Positions 1 to 16,529 of a stretch of 64,000 bases of DNA are shown in pieces. Both the position numbers and the translations under genes were made by a program. The notes below the pieces were generated by a model. The model saw only the letters and a program-made list of their open reading frames with translations. It searched no databases and had not been told where the DNA came from. Source of the stretch: the human T2T-CHM13v2.0 reference genome, Homo sapiens; the NCBI RefSeq assembly GCF_009914755.1, contig NC_060925.1. The stretch is one strand, 5' to 3'. Position 1 is the first letter of the stretch; every line of letters begins with the position of its first letter.

Positions 1-63
1 TGATCTGCCCATCTCGGCCTCCCAAAGTGCTGGGATTACAGGCATGAGCCACCGCGCCCGGCC
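1..63 (-). mobile_element. Alu 5' end (cut by window edge)
   Basis: cctcccaaagtgctgggattacaggcatgagccaccgcgcccggcc. Confidence 0.9.
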
Positions 64-300
64 AATGATCCAGTCTCTTTAATAATTATTAGCATATTTG
101 GAATCTCTATTCTTGAGTCAATTTTAAGAATTTTGTTGTCTCTTTTGAAATTTCCTATCATAAAACTTTTCACAGTAGCCCTTACATGTGTGGGTTTGTG
201 TATTTAAAATTCTCTCCTGCACTGGCTCTTTGTTTCTAATACTGTTTACTTGTCCTTCTTTTTTACAAGATCAGCCTTGCTGTATTATATTCATATTTTC

Positions 301-532
301 TTTTTTTTTTTTTTTCCTGCTTCTCGGGTTCAAGTGATTCTCCTGTCTCAGCCTCCTGAATAGCTGGGATTATAGGCGCCCACCACCACACCCAGCTAAT
401 TTTTGTATTTTTAGTAGAGGCAGGGTTTCACCATGCTGGCCAGGCTAGTCTCAAACTCCTGACCTCAAGTGATCCTCTGGCCTTGGCCTCCCAAAGTGCT
501 GGGATTACGAGCGTGAGCCACAGCCCCCAGCC
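301..532 (-). mobile_element. AluS lacking the distal part of the right arm
   Basis: poly-T joins directly to cctgcttctcgggttcaag; flanked by tatattNNtattttc repeats. Confidence 0.8.
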
Positions 533-683
533 TATATTGCTATTTTCACATAATCAGCTTTTGATTTAATGTGGATCATCTCATTTTTTCCTCCCATTTC
601 ATTAATATCTGCTATTACCTTTATGTTTCCTTGTTAAAAATTGCTTTCTTTTGTGGTTATTCTTTTTCTATTTTTCTTAATAA

Positions 684-994
<311 letters not shown>

Positions 995-1014
995 TTTTTT
1001 TTAAAAAAAATAGA

Positions 1015-1310
1015 GGCCGGGTGCGGTGGCTCACGCTTGTAATCCCAGCACTTTCAGAGGCTGAGGTGGGTGAATCACAAGGTCAGGAGATTGAGACCAC
1101 GGTGAAACCCCGTCTCTATTAAAAATATAAAAAATTAGCCAGGCGTGGTGGCGGGCGCCTGTAGTCCCAGGTACTCGGAGAGGCTGAGGCAGGAGAATGG
1201 CATGAACCCAGGAGGCGGAGCTTGCAGTGAGCCGAGATCGCACCACTACACTCCTGCCTCGGCGACATAGTGAGACTCTGTCTCAAAAAAAAAACAAACA
1301 AACAAAAAAA
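1015..1310 (+). mobile_element. AluYd-type (12-bp left-arm deletion)
   Basis: gagaccacggtgaaacccc lacks tcctggctaaca; Y-type gagaatggcatg and ggagcttgcagt. Confidence 0.7.
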
Positions 1311-1418
1311 AGAGATGGAGTCTCACTATGTTCAGACTGGTCTCAAACTCCTGGCCTCAAATGATCCTCTTGCCTCAGCCTCCCAAAGTGCTGAGACTAC
1401 AGGTTCGTGAGCCTGGCC
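1311..1418 (-). mobile_element. FLAM/Alu monomer hosting the two elements above
   Basis: Left-monomer sequence; outer repeat aaaatcttagctttt at 682-696 and 1419-1433. Confidence 0.75.
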
Positions 1419-2398
1419 AAAATCTTAGCTTTTAAATTTCAAATCACCCTACGTTTTTAAAAGCAGAGTGTCCCACAGATTCTAATCTGAGATTACTCTC
1501 CCACAGTAATTGTTGACTAAACTACTTCCTGATTAACAGTGAGACAGAGAAGAAGAGTCCTTGGGCAATCAAAAACCATAGTAAAATCACAGCAGGGTCG
1601 ACAACCCATACAGCTCCTTACAAGGGTGGGCTAGGTGGCAGCAGACTGGTGCCAACCGTGTCAGGGCGAGGTGGAAGGCTGCTCTGGGTGAGGTGATATG
1701 GAGGACCCAGAGCACAGTCCTGAAAGCTTGGCTCCTCACCCCACCCTCCTTGAGAATGACAATTAGCCCTAGACAGTCACCAAAATATTGCCAAAGCTGG
1801 AGAGATGAAGCCCCTGGTCCCTGTGCCACTTCTCTGACTCTGGATAAACCAACTGACTATATGTCGGTTTTCTGAGTTTGCTTTTTGGGGCGTGGGGGAG
1901 GGTGAGGGAGTGGCAGAGGTGTTGTTTGAAGTATCATAAAGTTTTCGAAGAAAAAGGAGACTGCAGGCTAAGTTAAAACACTGAAAGAATAGTAAGTGAT
2001 GGTCAAGAGTGAGAAGGGAGCATGGCTCTGCTGGTAGCGGTATGCCAATATAATCTCTCAGGAGGATGCAAGGCACTGGCTACCAAAGGCCTTAAAAATG
2101 CACACACTACTTGAAATAAATATTTCTAGGAATGAATCTTAAGGAAATAACTGCCCCCAGATAAGACAAAGTCACTCATTAAGAAATTTTTTTGCAGCAG
2201 TAACCACCCCCGAAAAATACCCCAGAAACTGAAAATAAATGATCAAAACTAGAAGTTGGTTAATAACATGATATCTTTTAAAAATGCAACCATCAAAAAT
2301 GACTCCATAGATACATGCGTTAAGCAAAAGATCAATACAGATAAGTTTTAAATAGTCATAAAATAAAAATAAAATTAAAAATTAGGTTATAGAACTGA

Positions 2399-2801
<403 letters not shown>

Positions 2802-2969
2802 TGATTTTAATTTTCTACTGTAAATTTTTCTGTGTTTTCAAGGGGGAAAAAAATTACTAAAAACAGACCCCTTCCCTTTCCCCCTAACAACTACAAAGCC
2901 AAACTTAAATGTACTATGATTTTTAACTGCAGCAGTAGGATTCTGAGTGAGTCAATCCACCAGATTAAT

Positions 2970-3237
2970 ATTTTTTTAAATCGAGACAGGGTCTCACTCT
3001 GTTTCCCAGGCTGGAGCGCAGTGGTGTGATCCCGGATCACTACGGCCTCAACCTCCTGGGTTCAAATGACTACAGGTGTGTGGCACTACACCTGGCTAAT
3101 TTTTTTATTTTTATTTTTTTGTAGAGACAGGGTCTCACGATGTTGCCCAGACTGGTCTCGAACTCCTGGGCTCAACCGATCCTCCCTCCTTGGCCTCCAG
3201 AAGTGCTAAGATTATAGGCATGATGCTGTCCCCAGTC
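2970..3237 (-). mobile_element. AluJ
   Basis: Diverged Alu; TSD agattaatatttt on both sides. Confidence 0.8.
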
Positions 3238-3299
3238 AGATTAATATTTTCAAGAGAAGAAAGCAGTAATGCAACTTTTTTACTTTTTAAGGTGCATTT

Positions 3300-3515
3300 T
3301 TAGGAATAAAGGGGCAACAGGTCCGCAACTTACTCTCAAATGGTTCATGTGGGGGGAAAACCACACACGCACACACACAAAAGGAGGGTTAAATAATGTG
3401 ATAAGATGTTAATATTTGGAGAATCTGGGTAAAGAATATATGGGAATGCTTTATACTCTTCTTGCAAATTCTTTAAGTTTGAAATTATTTTAAACCAAAT
3501 GGTTTTTTAAAAAAT
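3300..3515 (+). mobile_element. Old L1M 3' end fragment
   Basis: acttactctcaaatggttca...gaatctgggtaaag...aagtttgaaattatttt resembles an L1MC-type 3' terminus. Confidence 0.55.
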
Positions 3516-6500
3516 TATGCATAGAATAACCCAAACCTTCTGAAAGTCAAGGGTTACACACAAAATAAATTTGTGTGTATCTGTATGTGTTTTTGGGAGA
3601 GGGAGAATAGTTCAGAATAATTAGAACACGTTGAGAATTTAGAATTCTCTTCCATTTAGTCCAGTGAGGATCTTAAAAAAACCTAAGAAGTACTACGTAC
3701 ATATATAATTTTAGACCGCATTTTCAGCCCAGGCAAGAGTCAGAGCTCATACAACTTTGTGGAGGGTGAAAAGAACCCTGCCACAAATGTGCTACAGAGC
3801 CCGCATCATCTCCACAACAAAACACCCGACACCCGAGGTTCAAAAATCTACTTCATCAAAGATCAAGAATAACTCTGGTTAGAACTGTTAAATCAGTGGA
3901 AAGTTAATGAACATGGAGGATGAAGTCCAGAAAGTGCTGTCTGCAGTGTTTGGGGCAGGCATTCGCATTAGGAAACCCTCTGTGGTACAGGCTCTCTCAG
4001 TGGCCAACTATTTGGTGATCTGCACATTTTTAGCATAGAACCTTGAAATGATACAGCTGTGCTGGTCATTACGGAATTCTCTTTTTGTGTGACAGAATTG
4101 TGACAGGCTCCCAGGACCTAAACCCAGAAGGAAGCAGGACCATATTGCTGCCTAGAGAAGAGGATGGAGCAGATTCCAGGACACCGATGAAACAGAAGCT
4201 TCCATCACAGTGCTTTCTGCTACCTTATGAGACAGTTCGCATCTCAACAGCTCTAGGATACAAAGGAAGCACATACATTTATACTTTATAAGGTGGCCAA
4301 GGAATCCTACTGTGAACAAAGAATTTCTAAGATAATAAAATCCCACTTTTTTTTTCTATAAAAAGCAAATCTTGTCCCAGATGCAAGCACTTGCAACAGA
4401 AGCTCTGTGGGGGAAGCCTACCTCTCAAGGCCCTAGTTCTTGGCTCATCCCCACCCCATGACCTGGACAAGACCTGTGAGGGTGCCATTTTTAGTATCAC
4501 CGTGCCTCAGTTTCTCCACCTGTGCATGTGGAATGATACTGGCAGCCCCCGTAGACTTATGGGGATGACTGCTGAGCTGATGTCTATAAAATGTTCTTAA
4601 TGGCAAGGGCGAAAGAGCTATAAATACAAGGTCAAAGCAGCATTTAAAACCTTTTTAAAGCTGCAGCCACTTCTTTCTTTTGAAACAGAGAACCACAGGG
4701 AGGATCAAAGGCGTGCTGCTGTTAACTGCGGCTCTCAAGGCCTTGCCCTCCACCTGGCAGAAACCCTAGAGAGGTCTACCATGATTTTTACCTTGACTAA
4801 CAAAATCTCAAGACAAGTTGTACAATGGTTTCCTGGAACATTCTGAGTAAAGAAATGGGAAACCAATACAGCTTACCTAGCTTGTTACCTTCTATGAACG
4901 CTGGCATTAAAAGTAAAAGGCAGCCTTGGGAGGAAGAAATGCAAACACAGAGGGAGAACATAGCTTCCCCTTGTCTCTCTCTGCCACAAAAGCCTGGCCA
5001 AAGTGACTCTACTAGGTTGAAGCAGCCTGCATAATAAAACGCTTAACCTTGGCTAAGTTAACCTCCTCAGCCATTAAAAAAAGGGGGGGTGGGGGAAGGG
5101 CTAGCAAAATCAAGCTTACGGGAAATAAACCTAATCAAAGCCGAGTAGTAACAAAGGGCACCAGAAACATTTCTACTGTTTCACATCCCACAGGCTGGCC
5201 AAGAGCCCGGAATTTTCATTACAACTTTCAAAGAGAGCAAGAGGAGGAGGGAAAAAGATTTCACAAAAGCATTATCAAGGCCCCAACCCAGGATGCCCTG
5301 CTGTACAACCAAAATTTGTAAGAGGTCAGCCTTTCAGGGAGTCAAAAACCCAGCATGTGGAAACTGGCAGGCCTTTTATATAGTGGGAGGGGTTCTTAAA
5401 ACGACTACTGTTTCGCACTGAAGTCTCTGAGCTTCACAGATCATTAAAGGTTTCTGAACCACAGAGAAAGGAGGGCAGAGTTAAGGAAATAAATCAAAAG
5501 TTCCTCTGGGACGCACAAATGCCTACTTGGAACAGGCTTTCAGCATGAATATCCTCCACATTAAACAACAGGGAGGACTTTTCAAAATAAAAGCAGAAAA
5601 GAGATTCATTTTGTTACAAGCAATGCACTTTTTCCTTTTGGTGTAAAGGTTATGTGTGCTATAAAAAATGACTCCTGCCGTGAGTGCTGCGGGGAGGTGG
5701 AGGCTGGGCTTGGGGCAGGAGGTGGTGGTGGTCAAAGAAAACAAGTAGAAGTGAATACAACGCCTGAGAATGCTGTGTTTGGGGGTCCCCCAAACAAGTC
5801 TAAATGTCCCGCAATGATTTGGGGGTAGGATGTGAGGTAGGAGAATGGTATCAGAAAGGAATTTCTTCTACATTTATTCCTTGCCATCCTTGCCCAAGAA
5901 CTGAAATCATTTCCCCACAGCCAGAAAGAACTGTCTTCTTTGTGGGTGTGCAACACACACAGTTGCAGATCTGGGGAAAAGAGACTGTGCCGTTTTGAAG
6001 GCAGAGCCTCACACTTCTTAAGGAAATATCAGTTGTCTCAAAACCAGCAGAGGGAGTACAACGTTTGAGAAGAGGAATGGCCAACCCGATTCCTGAGGAT
6101 TCATGTTTAGCCCCGACAATGGTTGTAAAGCTGAGCTATCTACCGTAACTTCTGCCCTTGCTCTCCTGTCACCCAGCAATAGTAAACAGAAAGAAAAGCT
6201 ATACTACCTACTCAGATGGAATTAGCTTGTTCTAACAACCGCATGAGGCAGCAGAGAGAAAAGGAGAACTGTCCACACTTCTGTCGGGACACAGTTCCTG
6301 TGAGCAGCACTGTTTTGGGGAGAGGAATAGAAGCAGGGGGAAGGCTCAATGAAAAGCAGAAAGTCCAATTTGGACTGACAGCAAATCCCAAAGCAATGAT
6401 TTTACCTTAAAATCCAGGGCTCCTAGGCCAGTCTGTGAACAGCTCATTTCCAGAATTTTTGTTTATGAGAGGGCAAAATGGAGAACTCTGTCTTTCAAGC

Positions 6501-8183
6501 TTTTCTTTCAACAGATGATTTGAAACAAAAGCAGCACACTCATGAAGGCGTATGTCTGCTAAATGGTTGCTATCTTAATCTTTAGCCACAGTTTATCAAA
6601 ACATGTAGGAATGGGTTGAGAAATTAACTGGTGCTAAGATTATCAGCATGGACAAGTTCCTGGGGAGGGCCTGGCGACATGATCAAAGCTAATGGTCCCT
6701 CTCCCAGGAGCAAAGAGCCTACTATTTCATGCATGATGATGTTGGGCTCTGGCACTGGAAATCTTTGCTCAGGTCCATTCTAAGTGTCGAAATGGTGTAA
6801 TTAATGGTTAGCCTGGGTATGCACTATTCAATCAGGCAATTTTTTTTTTTTTTTTTTTTTTTTTTACTAAATCCGAACATTAATGCTTTCTCATTGTGGG
6901 AAATGAGAGCTGGGATAAAGACATGCTCAACTCAACAGAACAAACACAACCTATATGTGACTTTATGTTAGTCTAGGAACTGTGCACTGATGCACACCCA
7001 GGAGGCACTAAGTTAACACACATGCATGCATACCTGCCTGCCTGCTGGGTAAGGAGGGCTGGGCAGGGGAGGGGGGCCGCCCTGGCTGGGGGACACGGCT
7101 GGGGCCATTGTTGCCACTTTCTCCTCTTTGTAGACATCAATTTTTACAAAGGGCCGAATGATAAAGGTCCACAAGACCTCACCCAGAACGGCTGTTGCAG
7201 GAAGCAGAGGCCTGAGCAGCCTATAGCCAGAAGCCCAGGCAGGGGGTGTGCCAACTACACAGGCCCACATGAAGAGCCTCCATGAGGAAGACGTTATGGC
7301 AAGAATCCTCTAAGTCTCCAAGGGACGAGATCAGAACAATGTATGGAAGGTGAAGTGATACAGATTTCAGCTTAATAAAAGGAAGGCGGCCCGAAAAATG
7401 GAACTGTTCAAAACCACAATGGCTTCATTTAATGGGTTCGATGTCCCCAGTCTGCAGGAATGCTGTAGAAGATTCAGGTAGTGAGAAATACCTCAACAGA
7501 CAAGAAAGCTACTTCAAGGACTTCCTTCGGCAAGGCCTTTCAAACAAGTTTTAACATTGAAAACACCCATCCTTCAAAGAGCTTGAAGCCCCAAGTGTCC
7601 ATCTTCCAGGATGCACAAGACTCCCCAAGCCTTCATCCTCCCATTACTATTTAATATCCACACTACATTGTTCGGCACTTGGTTTCCCTCCAGTATGCAC
7701 CGTGGCAGCCAGTAAGACACCCCCAGGGAGCACAACCGCAGCTCACTATTTTTCTCCCCATGCTCAATAAGTTCAGTAAGTGCTTGATGATTGACTAGCA
7801 TCAGGAATAAACTAGGAGCATTTTACATTCACACTATCTAGTTAAACATTCCAAATGACAGATTTCCAGAAAAATGTTGCAACAAATGTAAGTATTTATA
7901 GACATGCCTGGTAAGGTATGTAGCATTTGGAGAAATAATAACTAGAACAGAGTACTGTACAAAAGAAAATGGTACACTTTTGTATGAGTCTAAGATATAT
8001 TGGACAAATGGGTATTCCTATTGGTAAACATGGACATCTTAATAAAAATACAAAATTACTACATAAAGAAGCATTACATCCTTCAACTCATCTGGTGGCC
8101 ATAAAATGGAGAGAGGCACATGGACTTTTCTCCTGAGTCACCTGATAGATTTACAAGATCAAAAGAAATAAGGGCTTCAAGTC

Positions 8184-8306
8184 TTTTTTTTTTTTTTTTT
8201 TAAAGAGATGGGGTCTTGCTAGCTTGCTCGGGCTGAACTAAAGATATCCTCCTGCCTCAGCCTCCCAGGTAGTTGGAACTATAGTAGGAGTATCTACCCT
8301 GCCCTG
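8184..8306 (-). mobile_element. Alu monomer (FLAM/FRAM)
   Basis: poly-T, gagatggggtcttgct, cctgcctcagcctccc; cttcaagt flanks. Confidence 0.7.
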
Positions 8307-10198
8307 CTAGAACTTCAAGTTTTGATGGGCAAATCCACCCCAGAGGACAGGACAAATGCCAGTATTCTGGTTAATAGCCCCAGATGAGCCAGCTTCCCAC
8401 CCATCTCCCGTAAGGTGGCAGACACATAAGGGAAGCCACCTTGGACCTTTCAGGTCAACCCATCTACCAGGTGATACTACAGAGTGAGCTTTGGATACAT
8501 GACATGGAAACAAATGGCCAGCTGAGTCCCACCTAAATTCCTGATCTACAAAATTATTAAAACTATAATATTTATAGTTTTAAGCCAGTAAATTACATAT
8601 ACTAAAAGGTTTTGGTTTTTAGAAATTTATTTAAAAGTTTTAGGGTTTTTCTTTTTAGGCTCACATTATCCAAAACGTGTAGTTTGCCCCCAGTTCACTG
8701 GCTCTGTGCTTTACTTTGCGAAACTAGCCATCTATACAGATTCATCGGGCCTATTTCCTTTAGAACTTAATCCTATTGTTCCACAAATTACAGATTCTCG
8801 CCAAATGAAAACACCTCCCTCGACAACTTAAGGCCACAAACCTCTGACATAATTCAATGTGTGTCATTAGCACATTTCCAAAACAGAGCACTTGTGGGAA
8901 GAAGAACCAAGTTCTGATCTTAGAAGCCCTGTGCCTAAGTCAATAACCACCAAATCCCAAAGGTGCTGGATAGATGCTGCTCCGGCCCCGAAAATAATCA
9001 AACACACAAAAGTTACTATTAATATTTCTTGCCAAACAACAATCAAAAAAATCCAACTCCTGCACATGGGAACAAAGCGACAATGGCAGCAGCTGCAAAT
9101 ACATAAGCGAAGCATCACTGAAGAAAGTCTCCAGCTTAATATTGCTCCCGACACCCTCTGTGGTGGTTCACTCATACAGCAAAGACACGGGATAAAAAAT
9201 TCCACAGACTGTTTTCAAGATAATAAAATGGCATATGATGATGACTCACTAACAGACTAAAAGGAAAAAATATCCGTCAACAGTCATAGGAAGCTTACAA
9301 AGCTGCAGAGATCTGGCACCACTAAAGCTCCTCCACCTCCCCTGGCTCTCACCTCCAGTACACACATGTATGTGGGACATACAAAGTGTGTGTGTTCATG
9401 TGCACACCCTTTAGGGATTAATTTGAAGCCAAGTTGCAATTGGCTAATGGCTTACTCTACTGCTTAAGACAGTATTTTATTCTTGACTGGCTCAATAAAC
9501 CTGCTGAGAAAAATAAACAATGGATTTCAATCTTATAAATAATCTAGAACACAGAACCGCTGCGCAAACAGGAGAGTTGATTTACTGCGCACAATAAACA
9601 GAACAGGAAGGACCAGTGTGGCAGAGTGAACCCCAAGTCCTAGTCCCATTGTCCTGGGACAGTAGAGTTCACAGGGGTTTTCTGTCTATTACACAAAGTC
9701 TAAGGCCTGGGATATCCAGGTTTCAAACTGGTCTTAAAAAGAGCATTTCAAAGCAGATCAGGTGGAGAAGCTTTGGTGGTGCCAGATCTCCGAAGCTTTG
9801 TAAGCTTCCTATGACTGTTGATGGATTTTTTTTTCCTTTGGTCTGTTAGATTTTGCTCACACTGAAGAGCAAAAGATGAGGAAAATGTTCGTTTAAAAAC
9901 AATGAAGAGTTTTCACGTCTTAGGACCATTAATTATCTACCCATGATTACAATGTATTTCGAACCTATTATTTATACATGCGTGAACACACACACACATA
10001 CTTCATTTTAAGCAAATAAAAAGTAAGGGCTGTTACAGGACTCTAAGGGTGCCATAAAGAGGTATTAAAATGAGGTCCCTGCCCAGAAGGCTTTATATTC
10101 TATATAAATACATATATGCATTCATGCACACATGTGTACAGAATAAAAATGCATGGAAAAGAGGAATCAGAGTCAAGTCCAAGAATAAAATAAAATAA

Positions 10199-10510
<312 letters not shown>

Positions 10511-10624
10511 AATCTTAATTTGAAGAGGGTGGAACAAAACCCAACTCTGCTGAGATGAAATGGGCCCTTTGTGTAACAGCAACCAGCCTGGGGAGGAGCA
10601 GAGGCAGCCCCAGCAAGACCGTTA

Positions 10625-10963
<339 letters not shown>

Positions 10964-11129
10964 TCAGAGAAGACCCCTGGCCCACCTGGCCCCTTCACTA
11001 GGGGCCATGAAGGTAAGCACCCTTATTCACCTCAGACATCCCATCCTAGACAGCACAGGCCTGGGGTTACCAAAAGCTCCCCCAAAATCCCAACTTTGTC
11101 AACTGGGATAGTTTAGATATTTCAATAGT

Positions 11130-11440
<311 letters not shown>

Positions 11441-13169
11441 TCAATAGTCAAATCCTGGGGATTATGATACCACAATTGAGAGGATTCAGAAGAAGGATTT
11501 AAGACACTTGAGCAGAACAAAGAATTATATTTCCAAAGTGGGGGGGTCGGTGGGGGGAAGAAACATGGGCCATTAATACTGAAACTTAATTAAAAAATTC
11601 AACATCTCGGAAAACTTAGCTTAATGGAATTCTGGTATCCCAAAGGAAGGTTGCTCCTGTTTGCTTTTCCTATTTACCTAACACAATTAATGGTTTTCAA
11701 ATTATACATGACAGGAAAAAAAAAATCTTACTGGGAGTAGGGGGATGCCTTTCCCATGCTGAGCAGCTGGGACTGAGACTGAGGTTAATGCTTTGCTTTA
11801 CTTTTCAAAACAATACTATTAATTTTTACTCTATTTTCCTAAGTATTACTCAAGGGTATAGTTTCAAATAAGATTAAAAATGAACTAGTTATTCAAGGAT
11901 TATAATTTCAGATACATTTTGAAACTTAGTTTTAATGTCGGTTTCCTAACAGACTAGATAGATATATTTTTAAAATATCAGCAAACTAGTTTTCAAAGTC
12001 AGAATAGATCTTACAAGGCTAAAAAAGAATCTATGATATAAAATATAAGCTCCAAGTGGATAAATCCATTGACTGTTAACCACAGCAACCACAACTTGTA
12101 AGTCTTTCTAAAGACCAATTCAAACCTTCCATTTGTTTTACTAGCTAATAAAATGGTGCAGACTATTTAGGCTTCAAAGTCATAAATGTCTCCATCTAAA
12201 AGTCATCCAGGTAACCAAGACACAGCCAAATCATAAGAAATATAGGTTAGCAAATACCAACAGCAAATAAATCCCTGCAAGCAACATTTTGTTCAATAAC
12301 ACTTTAAAAGCCCCAAGCATACTTCATTTGAGTGCAGTTTCTATAAGTAATACATTTCAAATAATTAAAGCATTCTCATGCCATCCCCACTAGTTTTCAT
12401 ATGTAGGATAACGCCAAGGTCAGGCTGTTTACACTGAGAACGGCAACTGTCCAAGGCCCTTGGTTTAAAAAGTCACCCAATTTTTTAATACCTCCTTTTC
12501 TTTCCAACACCAGCACCAAAAGTCTCTTACGTACTTCACTTACACAAGGGAATATCAGCCAGTCTCTCATAGATTACCCTCACGAAAACTGGACCACTGC
12601 CCAGGCAAATATCCCTATAGTTCAGACTATCACAATTAATAGATTCGAGCCTCGGCTCCATTTTAATGGGAACAAACTCTCAGCACAGGAATAGCTATAG
12701 GATCACAGTACTTACTGCCAAAATGCAGTGCCTGTTTCTACTGGCAATCACTTTGGCCTCAAATGGAAAATTCCAACTGTTTATATCTATGTGAGCACAA
12801 ATTATTAAGAAAAACAGTATGGCACATAAATGTCTTTCCTCTTACCCATCTTGCCAGCCCCTCAAATAACTTATATTTCTTTTTCATACATAAGGAATGC
12901 CAATAAAAGAAAGCAATGCCCGAAAACACTGTGGTATTAAACCTTTATGACTATGTAAACTTCAGTTAACAAGAGAAGGCCATCCTTCCACATAAAAAGG
13001 CTTATTAAAAACTGAAATAGAATCTGGCAAGGTCTAACTAGACTGCATGCCACAAGGTAAAGAGAACAAGAGCTTTTGTATCAAGTAAGACAGGAGTTAC
13101 AATCATGTTTCTAGAAAAACATGGGAGTGGGAATTGAGAAGAAAACTATATTGAGAAGTCCTGGCTCAC

Positions 13170-13495
<326 letters not shown>

Positions 13496-13677
13496 CTATT
13501 ATTGACAATGGAAATAAGCCCTGATACTTTTCTGTTTGAAATATTTTGCAATAATTAGAAAAACAAAATCAAGCCCTAATAGTGAAACTTTACAATTTTA
13601 ACAGAATAAAGACAGTATCATTTTAAGAATGATATACTATGCAGGCTCAGAATTCTGCAAGTCTGCATTACTGTAAA

Positions 13678-13832
13678 TAGCGGTGCTTCCTAAACTTTAC
13701 AGTACTTTGGAATCCTCTGGGGGGTCCGTTAAAATGCAGATTCTGGCTCAAGAGACAAGGACAGGGCCTGAGAATCTTCCATTTTAACCAGTGATGAGAG
13801 TGCTGGCCTGAGGAGCACACTGTGAGCAGTGA
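13678..13832. mobile_element. MER5-like DNA transposon fossil
   Basis: gttaaaatgcagattctggc...gggcctgagaatc...cattttaac. Confidence 0.55.
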
Positions 13833-16529
13833 GGATAGACAACGTTTGTAGAAGAGGGACAAGGTTTAAAAACAGAGATCTTCTAATGTACTGGTATGTG
13901 GCCGTGACACATTTGCACATTCTCAGTAGCATCAACCGACTAAGGAAGTCCATACTTTGTTATGCAACATTAGATTAAGCATTAATGAGGCTAGGAAAAT
14001 TGTTTATTTAAGGTTATAACCTGAAATTAAATAAAACTTCAGGCTGGAAGCTCATATTGAATACTAGAATCATTTTTAACCTCTTAATATTAACAGAAAC
14101 CTGATTACTCAGTCTTAAAGCCCTTTCTCAATAGCATTTATTCTCTGCTGCAGGAATATGGTCTATGCAAATGACATTTTGCCTGAAGAAAAAAGTACAG
14201 TTAATGGCCAGTAGTTACGTACGTATTTAATAGAATTCATTCCCAGAAATGTGGCTAAGAAAGGTGGTTGATTTTCATGTTATTTATTAAATTAAAAATT
14301 TAAATCTCTAATACCTTTCATCCCATTACTTAAAGTTAAAAACGTCAAAACTGGCTGCCCTTTCACTGGGCCCTTGGTGCCAAACAGTGACACATTTCCA
14401 ATAGAGAAAATGAAGATAGAAGGCAGGCTTCCCTTCCCATTAACTTTGAACTTTCAAGTCCCTATCTGTCTTCCTACAAGACTAAATTATAAGAAGAGCC
14501 TCCTCTTTGGTCCCATCCTATACATACTTCGGTAGCACAGCCCTCACTTCTCTTCTTAAAAGCCTTAAATGGGTCCCATCCCCACACTCACCCATACACA
14601 TTCTTTGGAGGGAATTCAAGGTCCCCCAAAATCTACCCTGCAGCTATAATTTGGGCCCAAGTTCTACTGCATCCGCTTATGCAACCTCCTTTCCAACCAT
14701 GCTCATGTACTTGCTGGGCACGTTTTACAATTTCCTGTCTCCGTGCCTTTGTTCATAGTATTTCCTATGGCTGGAAAGTTGCTTTTCCTCTACCCTCCCA
14801 ACCTGGGCCTGTCAAAAATGAATCCTTCCTTCAAAGCCCAGTTCAAACACCGCCCCTCCAATTAGCTTTCCAGGAGCCTCTGTGCTCACTTTGTGGGGCC
14901 TGAACCTCCACCCACCAGGGCCCTCAGCACATTCTACCAAGTATGGCAGGTATGTAAATGTCGTGCTGGCTCCCTGCAGGGCAGGGATGGCACCTTGCTT
15001 CTCTTTATAGATACCCTACCCATTGCAGTGCTCAGTGGGCACCCAGAACTTTAAAAAATTGAACTATACACAAAATTTAGTTCTGATAATGGGAAGTGAA
15101 TGAAAATGAGTTTCCAGTGTAGTAAGTGTCAATGCACCACCAACTGGGATTACAAATGACACAAGCTTAATCTTCACTGGGCTAGGTGCTCAAAAATAAA
15201 AAGAAAGAGACGAGAAAGACAGCCAAAGCATGTCCCCTTTCACCTTCCATCTCCCTCCAGGGGCTAACACTTTGGGAACACCTCTTGGCTACCAAGCTGG
15301 GGTAGATCACATTGTCTTCTCACCAATCTTAGTTGCACCAGAGACAAGCAACGGCAGGTCACTGAGGAAGCGCTCCTGGACTACGACCCAGTGCCAGCTG
15401 AATTTGTCTAAGTAATAGGAGACACAGCTATAAACAAAGGCCAGGATTCAAGGGACAATCATCCAGGTGCCAGACACAAAAAGTCTTTGGTTCAAATAAC
15501 TGATATGTCCTCAGAGAAGAGATATGTCACCACTGCTTGAATAATTATCTCATGATTTTGAAGAAAACTGCAATGTATAGACAAATCAAACAAAAAATTA
15601 TTTTTGGATCATCCACGATTTTGTGTTATTCCTAACATGGATTCACCTTTAGGTAATTAAGATTCTCTATTAGGCCTCCTACTTTTTCAGGCATTACCTT
15701 AACATCAAAGCTCATGTACCATCCATCTACCCAACAATAAGTGGCAGGGCTCAAAGCAGAATCAAGAGGCCTAGTTCTCCACTGTCCTCCCAAAAGTTCA
15801 GACACCGGGCGCTCTGTGACTTATACAAATATACTAACACTTAAGACTCTGATGTGGTTTATGACAAACAGTGGCTTGACAGAGAAGAGGTATACAGCCA
15901 AGGTGAATCTAAAATGCTCCACCCGTATTCCTGACTACATTTCACCTACTAATTATATACTTTATAAGCATATTGAGGGGAGGTAAATGGTTATAGAGAA
16001 ACAGAGAATGGGAAAAAGTATAATAAACTACAGGATATTTGCACAACCATGACACTAAAAGATTTGACTTGTAGTTATTCTCTTGGGTACCCTGAGGTTA
16101 ACACGTAATACCCATTCAACTAAGCCTCTATAAACAGTTGGGTTTTCCGCAATCACAGCCACTATTCCCACTTCAGTGGGCAGCAGTGTTCAGAGAAAAG
16201 CCAGATTTAGCTCTTGTGCAATAAACACCAGAAACCAAAAGAGCTAGGAAAGCTGTTTACGTCTATGCCCACCAGGAACCCTTCTCTGCTATAACCGCAT
16301 GAATGAACTGGTAAGAATGAGGTCTCAACAAAGCTTCAAGACGGACGTTGTTAACTAGTTGCTGCCCTCCAAGTTTTTGGCAAGACAGATTAATGAAAAA
16401 CAGGTAACTTATTTTTATACAGGCTCAGTATATTTACAAGCAGAAAGGAATTCTGTACTTTTCAAAGCATTTAGCTACCACCTTATGTAGTATTTAAGGT
16501 AGACAGGAAGAACAATCATTTCCAAGTAT

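Noticed and set aside
6840-6866. Isolated poly-T tract (also poly-A near 24504-24527) as a retrocopy tail
   Set aside because: No attached recognisable element or convincing TSD; more relevant as an oligo-dT internal-priming artefact site.
8867-9260. Overlapping opposite-strand ORFs of 112 and 122 aa in unique sequence
   Set aside because: Non-ATG starts, no homology I recognise, no clear splice boundaries.
13791-13811. TGATGA...CTGA motifs as C/D snoRNA boxes (also ~44788)
   Set aside because: Spacing far too short and no terminal stem; no tRNA, snRNA or Y RNA copy recognised in the window.
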